From NCBI GenBank assembly GCA_050253415.1, contig JBFWJC010000003.1, positions 192,001 through 256,000 on the forward strand: 64,000 bases of DNA, read 5' to 3'. This stretch comes from Pedobacter sp. Lineage in GTDB: Bacteria > Desulfobacterota > Desulfuromonadia > Desulfuromonadales > Syntrophotaleaceae. Both the position numbers and the translations under genes were made by a program. Shown piece after piece: positions 1 through 9,699 of the stretch (position 1 is the stretch's first letter; every line of letters starts with the position of its first letter). The notes below the pieces were generated by a model. That model was not told the origin of the DNA. It was given only the letters and a program-made list of their open reading frames with translations, and searched no databases.

Positions 1-116
1 CCGTTTGTTTTTTTATCGTTTTTTCTGACCCGTCGAAGAAGTATGGCGCGGCTTGAGTGGACTGCATGACGCTTGTAAATTAAGTTAGCGGGGCACGGAA
101 TTTTACGAAAGGAAAG

Positions 117-2102
117 GTGGAGTCAATTATGGATGGTTTTACAAATGATTTTACATACATCAGGTGTCTTACCAAAGATGATCAAAAGAAAATAAATAAA
201 ATTCCGTTTTTGAATATTGATTCCATTCTCATTCCTTCCCCATTTATTAAAGATAAAACTCTCGATATCGATTATGAACATAGTTATGTTTGGGATGAAG
301 AAGGAGAATTCCTTGGCTATATCCTCGTGTATTCCAATCCAGAAAAAACTAAGTTTCAAGTATATAAGCAGGTTACCAGTCCTTTTGGGCGTGGGAAAGG
401 CATAGGTTCGGCTTTTATAAGAAAACTTGCTCAGGATGTCAACGAAGGGTCGTATATATATTTATTTGTATGGGAAAAGCTAGTAAGTACTATTGAGTTC
501 TTTTATAGTAATGGCTTCAATCTTGAAGAGTCAACAGTTTATCAAAAGATGCGTTTTTATCTAATGTCTGCCACAGCTAAAGCAGTATTAGACAAAAGCT
601 TTTCATTGAAAACAAAAGATGTAACGGTTCTTGAAGAATTAAGCAAGGTTAGGCATGACGCGAAAAAGTCACTAAAAGTATTGTCAGATATGGTCTCTAT
701 AATGTCGGTTGATAATTTTAATCAAATTATCGAAGATATAAATAGAGAAAATACGGCATTACTTAATACTCTTAGTATGTATGAAGATAAAATAAAAGCT
801 TCTCACGAAGTAAATATTAAGGAGATTTTGACTAACAGGGTTATCCCTTTTGTTGAAGCAGCGCATGTTCCTTGCCAGATACGATTGATTCTAAGTGCCG
901 ATATACCACCCGTTATCGGCAGTTACATGGATTACAGCAGGGCACTTATCAACCTTGTTTCCAATTCGATAGATGCGATTGAAGAAGCAGGAAGAGAAGG
1001 CCTTATTCAGATAATGATTACACGCAAACAAGGCAAGGTGGTTCTTATTATTCAGGATAACGGTGTAGGGATCAGTCCCGATCGGTTGCAGGTAGACAAT
1101 AAAAAATTGCCGGTGTTTGTTGGTCAAACGACAAAACAGGAAAAAGCTGGAGAGGGGATCGGAACCCGGCAGATTTTTTCAACGTTCGGGGCGGGTAATA
1201 TCAAGATCGAAAGTCGTCAGCACAAATTCACCCGCTGGACCATTACGTTAAATATCAGCACCAAGAAAAAAACCGACCAATTGGGCCTGCTTGAAACACG
1301 ATTCATTGAATTTATGAAGTCTACTGAGACAGTAGACCTCGATACACATAGCAGCAGAACCGAAGTCGCCTCTGTCATCTGGCAACTGCGGGAAATGGAG
1401 ATTTTCAGTTATGATTTGATCCAATCCTTCAGCGCGTATAACAACGTTAGAGACATTTATCGACTTGTGCTGACGTATCGGTACGGTAACACCAGTTTCA
1501 GGCAAATGAAGGATGAGCTGGATAAATGCCGTATCGACCATGAAATCATCCGTTATTGGCTACTTGGCATGTTGAATCGTATCAAGCAAAACGAAAGCTT
1601 CCTTCTTAATTCTTTTGATTTTCAGATGTATAAAGGCATTTATTTTAAAAGTTACGGTCAGGCCATCAAAAAAACCATTATATTCACCCTCGATCCGGAG
1701 TCTGGTAATTTTTATGCGGCAGATAGGCGTCTTGCTGAACATCTGGATTTTGTCCCCTATTTAAAACGCCAAAGGGATCAGCTGATTCGGGGGGAATTCA
1801 AGGGAGACGTTAAAAACCTGGAAAGCCCCATTATGCTCGGGGTCTGGAACACCGCCGACAAAGAGGATCTTTACGACAAAATCGAGATGCTGCAAAAGGG
1901 CTGCAGACAGTTGCTGGAGATGGATATAAAACCTGAAAAATCCATATCCTTTTATCATGTGACGAGAAACCTGAGCAGTTTCGATTTCGATCCGTTCAAG
2001 GTCATCACCCTGGGAGAGATGCTTAAATTGAAACGAAAGGATTTTGATCAACTGATCACCAGCACAGATGACGATTTTGACGGTTTGGTCTTCACGGATT
2101 AA
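117..2102 (+). CDS. GNAT acetyltransferase / histidine kinase-like (HisKA-like + HATPase_c) fusion with unassigned C-terminal domain
   Basis: Acetyl-CoA motif GRGKGIG; H-box-like RHDAKKSL; N box LINLVSNSIDA; G1 IQDNGVGI; G2 GEGIG; no TM segment; GTG start after AAGGAAAG. Confidence 0.75.
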   Translation: MESIMDGFTNDFTYIRCLTKDDQKKINKIPFLNIDSILIPSPFIKDKTLDIDYEHSYVWDEEGEFLGYILVYSNPEKTKFQVYKQVTSPFGRGKGIGSAFIRKLAQDVNEGSYIYLFVWEKLVSTIEFFYSNGFNLEESTVYQKMRFYLMSATAKAVLDKSFSLKTKDVTVLEELSKVRHDAKKSLKVLSDMVSIMSVDNFNQIIEDINRENTALLNTLSMYEDKIKASHEVNIKEILTNRVIPFVEAAHVPCQIRLILSADIPPVIGSYMDYSRALINLVSNSIDAIEEAGREGLIQIMITRKQGKVVLIIQDNGVGISPDRLQVDNKKLPVFVGQTTKQEKAGEGIGTRQIFSTFGAGNIKIESRQHKFTRWTITLNISTKKKTDQLGLLETRFIEFMKSTETVDLDTHSSRTEVASVIWQLREMEIFSYDLIQSFSAYNNVRDIYRLVLTYRYGNTSFRQMKDELDKCRIDHEIIRYWLLGMLNRIKQNESFLLNSFDFQMYKGIYFKSYGQAIKKTIIFTLDPESGNFYAADRRLAEHLDFVPYLKRQRDQLIRGEFKGDVKNLESPIMLGVWNTADKEDLYDKIEMLQKGCRQLLEMDIKPEKSISFYHVTRNLSSFDFDPFKVITLGEMLKLKRKDFDQLITSTDDDFDGLVFTD

Positions 2103-2148
2103 GTTGTGGGCAGGATTTCCTGTATCTGGTCTTAATTCTACGGTCAGA

Positions 2149-2934
2149 CTATTTGATGAGACGTTTGCGCATGCCACGTAACGCTAGAGGGTATGTGATC
2201 AGGAAAAACACCACCAGGTAAGCAAGGCTCCCTAACAGGGGTAGTTCGAGCCTGGCCAATGCACAGGCACGAACCAGTATGGTCAGGTGGGTCAGCGGGA
2301 AAATCTGCGCCAGCCATTGGGCCCATGTGGGTAGGTTTTGCAGGGGGAAGAAGGTGCCGCTGAACAGAAACATTGGGGTGATAAAGAGAAAGATCGGCAG
2401 GTTGAAGGTTTCGATATTCGGTACCAGACCTGTGAAAACCATCCCGATAGCGGCAAAGGCTAATCCCCCCAGGGCAGCCAAAGGCAGAAGGAGCAGTCCT
2501 TCCGGGTAATGGACCAGTCCCCACAGGCTGATGACGCTTTGCATGAGCAGGGCAGCAATTCCCGCTTTCGTGGCGGCCCAGGCGATCTCTCCGCTGATGA
2601 TTTCTTCGAGGGTCAAAGGTGTGGCGAGCATGGCATCGAAGGTTTTTTGGTAGTACATGCGTACAAACGAGGCGTAGCTCGTTTCAAAAAAGGCATTATA
2701 CATGATGGTAATGGCCAGCAGGGCCGGGGCGATAAACGGTAGATACGCGATGTCCTGGCCACGGTAAGAAAAACTGCTTACCAGGCTGCTCAGTCCGATG
2801 CCGAAAGCAGCCAGATAAAACAACGGCTCCAGCAGCGGTGGCAGAAAGCTGATCTTCCAGGTATGGCGATAGACGCTGAAGTTACGCTGCCAGACGCGCA
2901 CCCAGCGTGAGCTGATGGTGAAATCCCCTATCAT
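2149..2934 (-). CDS. ABC-2 type exporter permease (NodJ-like)
   Basis: Hydrophobic 261 aa; LEPLFYL and FLFSGTFFPL motifs; overlaps the ATPase gene. Confidence 0.85.
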   Translation of the reverse strand: MIGDFTISSRWVRVWQRNFSVYRHTWKISFLPPLLEPLFYLAAFGIGLSSLVSSFSYRGQDIAYLPFIAPALLAITIMYNAFFETSYASFVRMYYQKTFDAMLATPLTLEEIISGEIAWAATKAGIAALLMQSVISLWGLVHYPEGLLLLPLAALGGLAFAAIGMVFTGLVPNIETFNLPIFLFITPMFLFSGTFFPLQNLPTWAQWLAQIFPLTHLTILVRACALARLELPLLGSLAYLVVFFLITYPLALRGMRKRLIK

Positions 2935-3842
2935 TCGCGCAGCTCCCTTCCGGTCAAATGAAGAAAAACATCTTCAAGGGTGGCCGGTCTTAAGGTGCAT
3001 CGGCGACCCCCGAAGATTTTAGTTAGTGTCGTAAACAGATCGGCATCGGCCTGGTTGTGGATAACCAGCCTCTGACCGAGAATTTCAAAGTGCAGTCCTC
3101 GGTTTTCCAGGTAGGAAAGCAATTCCGGGTCTGGCGGAGAAACCTCGATTACCTCACGGCCCACATAGTGCCGGATCAGTTCTTGTGGGCGGCCTTCGAG
3201 CAGAATGCGGCCCTGGTTCATGATGACCAGGCGGTCGCAAAGCCGGGAAGCTTCTTCCATATAATGGGTGGTCAGCAGGATGGTCAGGCCGCCGTTTTTT
3301 AACTCTTCCAAACGCTCCCAGACCTGGTGCCGGGACTGGGGGTCGAGACCGGTGGTTGGTTCATCGAGGATCAGCAGGTCGGGGTTGTTGATCAGTGACC
3401 GCGCCAGCACAAGCCTTCTTTTCATGCCGCCGGATAATTCCCTGATATTGGTTTTGGCGCGATTATCCAGCGCAAAGAAATTCAGCAACCGGTCGGTGGT
3501 TTGTCGGGCATCGGCGGTGGAAAGGTTGAAATAGCGGGCGTAGGTTAGAAGGTTGTCGCGTACGCTCAGGTCCGGATCCAGGTTGTCTTCCTGTTGGCAT
3601 ACCCCGATTCGGTTTTTAACGGTCCGCCAGTCATTGGTTATTAACTGGTCAAACAGATGTAACTCGCCGTCGCTTGCCGGACTATAGCCGTACAACATGC
3701 GAATGGTGCTGGTTTTTCCAGCGCCATTAGGGCCGAGTAGCCCGAAGCACTCGGCTTTTTGCACCGTGAAAGAAATGCCGTCCACAGCGGTGAAGTCGCC
3801 GAAGGTTTTTCTCAGATTTTTGACTGCGATAATGCTTGGCAT
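2931..3842 (-). CDS. ABC exporter ATP-binding protein (NodI-like)
   Basis: Walker A GPNGAGKT, signature LSGGM, Walker B LILDEPTTGLD, TTHYMEEA; ATG at 3842 preferred. Confidence 0.9.
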   Translation of the reverse strand: MPSIIAVKNLRKTFGDFTAVDGISFTVQKAECFGLLGPNGAGKTSTIRMLYGYSPASDGELHLFDQLITNDWRTVKNRIGVCQQEDNLDPDLSVRDNLLTYARYFNLSTADARQTTDRLLNFFALDNRAKTNIRELSGGMKRRLVLARSLINNPDLLILDEPTTGLDPQSRHQVWERLEELKNGGLTILLTTHYMEEASRLCDRLVIMNQGRILLEGRPQELIRHYVGREVIEVSPPDPELLSYLENRGLHFEILGQRLVIHNQADADLFTTLTKIFGGRRCTLRPATLEDVFLHLTGRELRE

Positions 3843-4042
3843 GACACCCTTTTCCCGGTCAGGATGAAGTTTAAACAATAACCGTATTAACGTAACATAA
3901 TGCCATGTAACCGCCAAGGTTCATTATCGGAATGGCATTTCTTTATAATAATACTTTTCTCCGGCAGTGCTTTCGTGGCAGTATTGCGCGATGTTGATAC
4001 CGTTTCCCGTTTATTTTTAACCCGATTGTACTGAGAAGGTCG

Positions 4043-4687
4043 ATGGAAGATATTGCACGGCTGATAACCGGTTTCAGGCGTTTTCAAAAAGTCTATTTTC
4101 GCGGTGATAACGAACTGTTTGATGAACTCAAGGGTGGACAGAATCCAAACACTCTGGTCATCGGCTGCTGTGATTCCCGGGTCGATCCTGCGATCCTTAC
4201 GGACAGCGCTCCGGGTGAATTATTTGTAGTGCGCAATGTTGGCAACCTGGTCCCCCCTTATGAACCGGATGCGGGCCATCACGGTATCAGTGCGGCTCTG
4301 GAGTATGCCGTATGTGGGTTGGGGGTTCAACATGTCATCGTCCTGGGACATTCCCAGTGCGGCGGCATAGCCTATCTGATGAAGAATGATGGTGTAGGCC
4401 AGAGCGAATTTATCGGACATTGGGTGGGGATGGTTTCTGCGGCAAAGCAGGAGGTTGATGACCGACTGCCCGGTAAACCTGCAGAAGTGAGGCAGCGCGC
4501 TTGTGAACAGGCGGCGATCCTTCTGTCGCTCGATAATTTACTTACTTTTCCCTGGCTGCGTGAAAGAGCTGAAAGGGGAGAGCTGTTTCTCCACGGGTGG
4601 TATTTTGACCTGGTGAGTGGAGAATTGTTGAGCTATTCTCCGGATGACGGTGCCTTTAGGCCCCTGGTCCGACGTGCGAAGGCCTAG
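4043..4687 (+). CDS. Beta-class carbonic anhydrase
   Basis: Zn ligand motifs CCDSR and HSQCGG; GELFVVRNVGN; LHGWYFD. Confidence 0.95.
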   Translation: MEDIARLITGFRRFQKVYFRGDNELFDELKGGQNPNTLVIGCCDSRVDPAILTDSAPGELFVVRNVGNLVPPYEPDAGHHGISAALEYAVCGLGVQHVIVLGHSQCGGIAYLMKNDGVGQSEFIGHWVGMVSAAKQEVDDRLPGKPAEVRQRACEQAAILLSLDNLLTFPWLRERAERGELFLHGWYFDLVSGELLSYSPDDGAFRPLVRRAKA

Positions 4688-5352
4688 TGTCCTCGAGCCT
4701 GGATGATATAGCCTTGGAATATAAGGGGGTATTGGAAACAGTCGATGCGTGGTTCGCCCGTTGCAAGGTCGAGGCTGATACGCACATCCGCTGCGATAAA
4801 GGATGCTCCGCGTGTTGCAGGGGACTGTTTGATATCACCCTGCTCGATGCTTATTTGCTTCATCTGGGATTTTTACAGCTGCCGGAGTCCCTTCGCTGTC
4901 AGGTGTCTGTCAAGGCTCAAGACAGACTGCGCCAATTACAGCGGCAATGGCCCGATTTTACTCATCCCTACCTGCTTAATGCCATGCCGGATCATGTCTG
5001 GACCGAGATGCCCGAGGATGATGAGATTCCTTGTCCTTTGCTTGGCGCAGACGGTTCCTGCCTGGTGTATGCATGGAGGCCGCTTGTTTGCCGCCAGCAT
5101 GGTCTGCCCAATATCGACCTGTCCGGTACGCGCTTTTCCGAATTATACTGCAGTTTGAATTTCGCAGGAGTGGACCCCCTTGCCATGCCGCAGATTCGCG
5201 GGGAGTTCCAGAAACTTTTCGAGCAGGAAATGGCGCTGTTCGGCGCCTTCACATCGGCGCTGTTCGGCGCTCCCATCAATGAAGCGGATACTTTCATCCC
5301 CACGGCTTTGCTCATCGACTTTTCCAGGATCTCATCTCCCCCCAAAGCCTAA
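4687..5352 (+). CDS. YkgJ family Cys-cluster (Zn/Fe-S) protein
   Basis: CxxGCxxCC ... CPLL ... CLVYxxRPLVCR ... C pattern. Confidence 0.85.
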   Translation: MSSSLDDIALEYKGVLETVDAWFARCKVEADTHIRCDKGCSACCRGLFDITLLDAYLLHLGFLQLPESLRCQVSVKAQDRLRQLQRQWPDFTHPYLLNAMPDHVWTEMPEDDEIPCPLLGADGSCLVYAWRPLVCRQHGLPNIDLSGTRFSELYCSLNFAGVDPLAMPQIRGEFQKLFEQEMALFGAFTSALFGAPINEADTFIPTALLIDFSRISSPPKA

Positions 5353-5410
5353 GCCCTGGTTGTCTGGTACAGTTAACAGAGGATAGTCCCTGTGTGCCGG
5401 AGAGCATTCC

Positions 5411-6496
5411 ATGGCGCTACGCATGCCTTTTCGATATCTGGAACCGACCTTTTTTGCCGGTCTGCTGGATGACCCGGTGTTGTGGGTGAGGGTACGCCCA
5501 TGGGGGCGAGCTCTGTTATTTGACTGTGGTCAGCTACATCATCTGGCGAAGCGAACACTGAAGTCTTTGGCCGCGCTGTTTGTCACGCATGCCCATATGG
5601 ATCATTTTATGGGATTTGATACTCTGGTCAGGCACGTATTGGTCTCGCCCCGGGTTTTTGATGTTTTCGGACCTCCCGGTCTGGCCGACAAAATCGAGCA
5701 TAAGCTGTCAGCCTACGATTGGAATCTCAATGAGCACTTCTGGTGTACGTTTCGCGTGCATGAAATTTTTTCAAATCGCATCCAGAGGTGGCTGTTTCCC
5801 GGCCCCTATCGTTTTAAAAGGCAACCTGATGGCAGCTGTGAGCGCATCGATCGGATCGTTTATAGCAATCAGTGGGTGAGGGTGGAGGCACAACAGGTTG
5901 ACCACCACATACCGGTGCTTCTGTATCGTATTACCGAACAGCCGACATTTAGTCTGGATGCCGATCGACTTGCTGTCGCAGGTTTGGCTGGCGGACCCTG
6001 GATTAAGCAGTTGAAGCGCCAATTTCACAAGGGGTTGTTGGGTGAAGAGGCTTTGCCGGTAATGCGAACCCATGGCAAGAAGGAGAATCTGCAGGAGATT
6101 GTGGATACGCGCAGATTGTATGAGGCCATCCGCAAGCGTGTGATCCCATCATCTATTGGCTATATGACGGATCTTGGTTATTCCGGAAAGAATGAGACAG
6201 CGGTTATCGATCTGCTGCAAGGGGTTACTCTGTTGGTAGGGGAGTGCGCTTTCCTGGCAGATCATGTGGAGAAAGCCCGCCGTTCCCGTCATCTGTGCAC
6301 GCTGGATATGAATCTTTTATTGCAAAAATTACGGCCTGCCTTTTACCTGCCTGTACATCTATCCAAATCCTGTGGGGAAATGAGCCAAAAGCTCTATCAG
6401 GAATTGAAACCGCCGGTCGGAACCACGCTGGTTCACCTGCCGGAGCGATTGCTTCCGCGACCTTTGCTGCCTTGTGAGGTGCGCCTGGGTTCCTAA
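5411..6496 (+). CDS. Ribonuclease Z-like metallo-beta-lactamase fold hydrolase
   Basis: LFDCG, THAHMDH (HxHxDH), YMTD, late HL and HLS motifs, GPW exosite-like insert. Confidence 0.75.
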   Translation: MALRMPFRYLEPTFFAGLLDDPVLWVRVRPWGRALLFDCGQLHHLAKRTLKSLAALFVTHAHMDHFMGFDTLVRHVLVSPRVFDVFGPPGLADKIEHKLSAYDWNLNEHFWCTFRVHEIFSNRIQRWLFPGPYRFKRQPDGSCERIDRIVYSNQWVRVEAQQVDHHIPVLLYRITEQPTFSLDADRLAVAGLAGGPWIKQLKRQFHKGLLGEEALPVMRTHGKKENLQEIVDTRRLYEAIRKRVIPSSIGYMTDLGYSGKNETAVIDLLQGVTLLVGECAFLADHVEKARRSRHLCTLDMNLLLQKLRPAFYLPVHLSKSCGEMSQKLYQELKPPVGTTLVHLPERLLPRPLLPCEVRLGS

Positions 6497-6503
6497 GAGG
6501 GAT

Positions 6504-6543
6504 AAAAAAAGCCCCAACCTGAACAATCAGGTTGGGGCTTTTT
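6504..6543. terminator. Bidirectional rho-independent terminator
   Basis: A7-GCCCCAACCTGA-acaa-TCAGGTTGGGGC-T5 between convergent genes. Confidence 0.9.
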
Positions 6544-6560
6544 GCATAATGCGGGATGGG

Positions 6561-8708
6561 TCAGGAAGAGTAGGTCATATCCATAACCACTTCGGGATCG
6601 CAACCGAGACGCAATGCGCCCCAATGTTTACCGTTGATAAATATCGGCATGGCAAATTCACTCAGAATCGAACCATCATCCCGCTTGTAGGTATGCAGCA
6701 AAACGGGGTCGGTATTCTTGGCAGCGGCAAGGCTGCTCGGATCGTCGTAGATACGCTGATCGCGGCTGTGGACGGCATCGACTTCCGGATCTCCGGTCAG
6801 TGGTTGAGAGCAAAAGCTGTTGTGGGTTGCACCGTATCCGTTGATGTCGACACACAGGGCGAAAACGCCGCCTTTGAGATCATTTACCAGTTTGTCGTAT
6901 ATCGGTTGCAACTCTCTGGTAAAGGCGTCGACGTAGGAGGTCTGGAATTTTTGAGGATTCGTGCCCGGGATCGGTTGGTAATTCCGATCAAAGATATCGA
7001 TGCCCCGCTCGAGCATCTTTTCCATGCTTTTTCGTATTTTGCTGCGGGCTTTGCGAACCTCGTTGACGCAATGTTCACCGTAACCCTTGCCGGTTTTGAA
7101 ACGGGCATTCATGCGTTGCAGATTTTCGGTGATCTGGTAGAGACTTTCGGTCGAATCCTTGGCCTCTTCCATGGTGTCGGATACTTCGCGGCTGATCTGG
7201 TTGATATTGTCGACCTTGCCGTGCACCTCGTTGTTGGCCGCCGAGAGTTCTTCAACCGAAGCAGTAATGCTCTGCAGTTGATCGTCACTCTTTTCCAGGT
7301 CGGAAATCATGGTTTTAAAGCTTTCGCACGACTTGCTTACTGCTACCTGGGTATCTTTGGCGACGTTGCTGATATCCTCTGTCTCGCTGATGCATGTTTC
7401 TATATGAGACAGCATATTGTTGATCTTGCCGGCAATGTCCTCGCTGGCGGCATTGACCTGTTCAGCCAGGGCCTTGACTTCATCGGCAACAATGGCGAAA
7501 CCCTTGCCGGCCTGACCGGCTCTTGCGGCTTCGATGGCAGCATTAAGTGACAGTAAGGACGTTTGTGTTGCGATCGATTTGATCAGTGACACGATCTTTT
7601 TAATGTCTTGGGATTCCGCATCCATTTTGCCGATGGTAATGGTGTAACCGGCAATTTTTTCCGTCATGCTGTTGATGCTGGCATTGGTTTCCATGAGTTC
7701 CTGGAAGGAACTCTGCGCCGTTTCCAGGTTATTGGAGGTTGAAGCGCAAATTTGCTGTGTGTTGTTGGAGATTTCTCCATGGGCGGCAGTGGTTTCCTGG
7801 CTGCTGGCAAAAATATCCTGCGCCAACATCCCCTGCTCGATGGAATTGCGAGCAGATATGTCGACCTGATTGGATACTTTGAGGGTATTGACCGCGATCT
7901 GCACACCCATGGTGCGGATGTTTAAAAACATTTCCCGCACGTTATCAATACACGCGTTAAGGGCATTGGCCATTCGCCCGATTTCGTCTTTACGATCAAG
8001 TTGAAGGCGCAGGCTGAAGTCACCTTTGCCGATTTTTTCCATGATTTCAGCTGATTCATTCAGCGGTCTGGATATGGCACGGGTAACGAAATATACCAGG
8101 GTCATGGATGAGACGATCACGATCAACAGGATGCCAAAGGTGGTATAGAAAAGGTTGGTCAGGACTTGCTCAATATCATCAAGATAGAGACCTGCTCCGA
8201 CAACCCAGTTCCATTCCGGCACCATCTTGACGAAGGAAATCTTGCCAACCGGTTTTGTTGAGCCTTCTTTGTGCCATGCATATTCCAGAAATCCCTCGCC
8301 ATCCTTACGGCAAAGTTCGGTCATTTTCACGAACATGCGCATGCCGTTGGAGTCTTCTTTCGTGGCTAGAGAGGTGCCATTTAGTTCCGGATCAAGAGGG
8401 TGAAGAACCATGCTGGGCTGCATGTCGTTGATCCAGAAATAGTTATCGTTGGCGAAGCGCAGGTCTTGAATGATGGCCTTAGCCTGGTTCTGGGCTTCCT
8501 CGGTGCTCATCCGGCCGGTTTTGGCCATGCGTGCGTAATGTTCAACTTGTCCCCAGGCGGATTCGACCACGTGGTGAATTTCGCTGCGACGTGCCTCCAT
8601 GATGTTGTTGCGAAAATGGATGTAAAGCCACGACGCAACCAAGGTGAAAATCAAGATGATGCTGCCACTGAGCAAAAAAATCTTTGTTGGGATTTTCAGA
8701 TCCTTCAC
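6561..8708 (-). CDS. Methyl-accepting chemotaxis protein (TM-sCache-TM-HAMP-MA) with C-terminal extension
   Basis: Cache motif YFWIND...HP; HAMP DEIG; hairpin tip [33 protein letters not shown] start with GGAGGG RBS. Confidence 0.95.
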   Translation of the reverse strand: MKDLKIPTKIFLLSGSIILIFTLVASWLYIHFRNNIMEARRSEIHHVVESAWGQVEHYARMAKTGRMSTEEAQNQAKAIIQDLRFANDNYFWINDMQPSMVLHPLDPELNGTSLATKEDSNGMRMFVKMTELCRKDGEGFLEYAWHKEGSTKPVGKISFVKMVPEWNWVVGAGLYLDDIEQVLTNLFYTTFGILLIVIVSSMTLVYFVTRAISRPLNESAEIMEKIGKGDFSLRLQLDRKDEIGRMANALNACIDNVREMFLNIRTMGVQIAVNTLKVSNQVDISARNSIEQGMLAQDIFASSQETTAAHGEISNNTQQICASTSNNLETAQSSFQELMETNASINSMTEKIAGYTITIGKMDAESQDIKKIVSLIKSIATQTSLLSLNAAIEAARAGQAGKGFAIVADEVKALAEQVNAASEDIAGKINNMLSHIETCISETEDISNVAKDTQVAVSKSCESFKTMISDLEKSDDQLQSITASVEELSAANNEVHGKVDNINQISREVSDTMEEAKDSTESLYQITENLQRMNARFKTGKGYGEHCVNEVRKARSKIRKSMEKMLERGIDIFDRNYQPIPGTNPQKFQTSYVDAFTRELQPIYDKLVNDLKGGVFALCVDINGYGATHNSFCSQPLTGDPEVDAVHSRDQRIYDDPSSLAAAKNTDPVLLHTYKRDDGSILSEFAMPIFINGKHWGALRLGCDPEVVMDMTYSS

Positions 8709-8953
8709 GAGTTGACCCTCCCTTTATTGGCCTGATAAGCACGAATATGGCGGCCGGATTAAATGATTTTGCAAACTGGAAACTCTGGTTGCAAAGGGTG
8801 TTCGGTGAAACATGGTGCGCAGTGTGCGTTACCGACGCTCGCCTCGGTTTATTTCAGGATGATCCCGCTGTCAGGATACACATTTTAAGGGTAAAACAAT
8901 GTTGCTATTCACGCTTTGTTTTTATGTGGGTACTTTCCTGTTGCTTTACAATC

Positions 8954-8981
8954 TTATCGGACGCATTTGAGAGTTTTTTTA
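8954..8981 (-). promoter_or_regulatory. Candidate sigma28 (FliA) promoter for the MCP gene
   Basis: Minus strand reads TAAA-N16-TCCGATAA, close to the TAAA-N15/16-GCCGATAA consensus, upstream of a chemoreceptor. Confidence 0.55.
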
Positions 8982-9699
8982 TACACAAAATGCATGATAG
9001 ACGCCAGTGGAAACTATATAGGAAAAAAATAATCCAAGAGTTAAGGATGAAAGAATCATGAAAAATTACCAAGGATTTCTTTATATTTTAAAAAAATAAA
9101 TGATTTCAGTTGCCTGGACGATAGGTCAGGTAGAATATCGTATTTTCAGGTGGAAAATGGACGGTCATTCATTTGAATAAAGGTTAGAAATGTAAGGTTT
9201 TCTTAAAAGACGATTTTTTACTGGGCCTTTTTATATTCAAGGAATTGACGTTTACAGTATATGTTTTGATTATTATAACCATTGTTTAGGCTGTTTAGGC
9301 AGGTATGTTGGTTGGTTGTCAAAATACATCCGTCTCGGGGCTTTTTGCTGTCAATGCCCTGACTTGAATAAGAAATATTTTAGGTGTGCTGTGGGGGGCG
9401 AACACAGGGGTGATCTTTTCTGACCAAGCGAAGTACTTCGGGATTGCGCCACTGATGGTCGGGGTTATATGATAGCAACCCTGCAAGTGGATTTTCCATG
9501 AATCCGTTATGCAAATGGCTATTGCTGATAAAAAACCTCCAGCACTATATACTGGAAACGTATTGACAAAATAAATTCAAAAGGTTAAATGGCATGACGA
9601 ATGTTGCGTTCGGTTCGGAGTTGTCAGAATATTTTCTGGATGTGTGATCTTTTTGGTGGATATAGATGACAACTGTTGGCACTTTCAGGGGAGCCGGTT

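Noticed and set aside
44..54. TGGCGCGGCTT also present at 23862-23872
   Set aside because: Only 11 bp, no -12 GC element and dissimilar flanks; may be chance
6474..7550. 358-aa plus-strand ORF
   Set aside because: Antisense shadow of the MCP gene; it crosses a terminator and has no recognisable motifs
8709..8950. Possible c-di-GMP-I/cGAMP (GEMM) riboswitch before the MCP
   Set aside because: The reverse complement lacks the GCAAA...GAAA...GACGCAAA core; not supportable by eye
8684..9061. 125-aa plus-strand ORF in the intergenic region
   Set aside because: No RBS or recognisable motifs; overlaps the MCP start and its putative promoter
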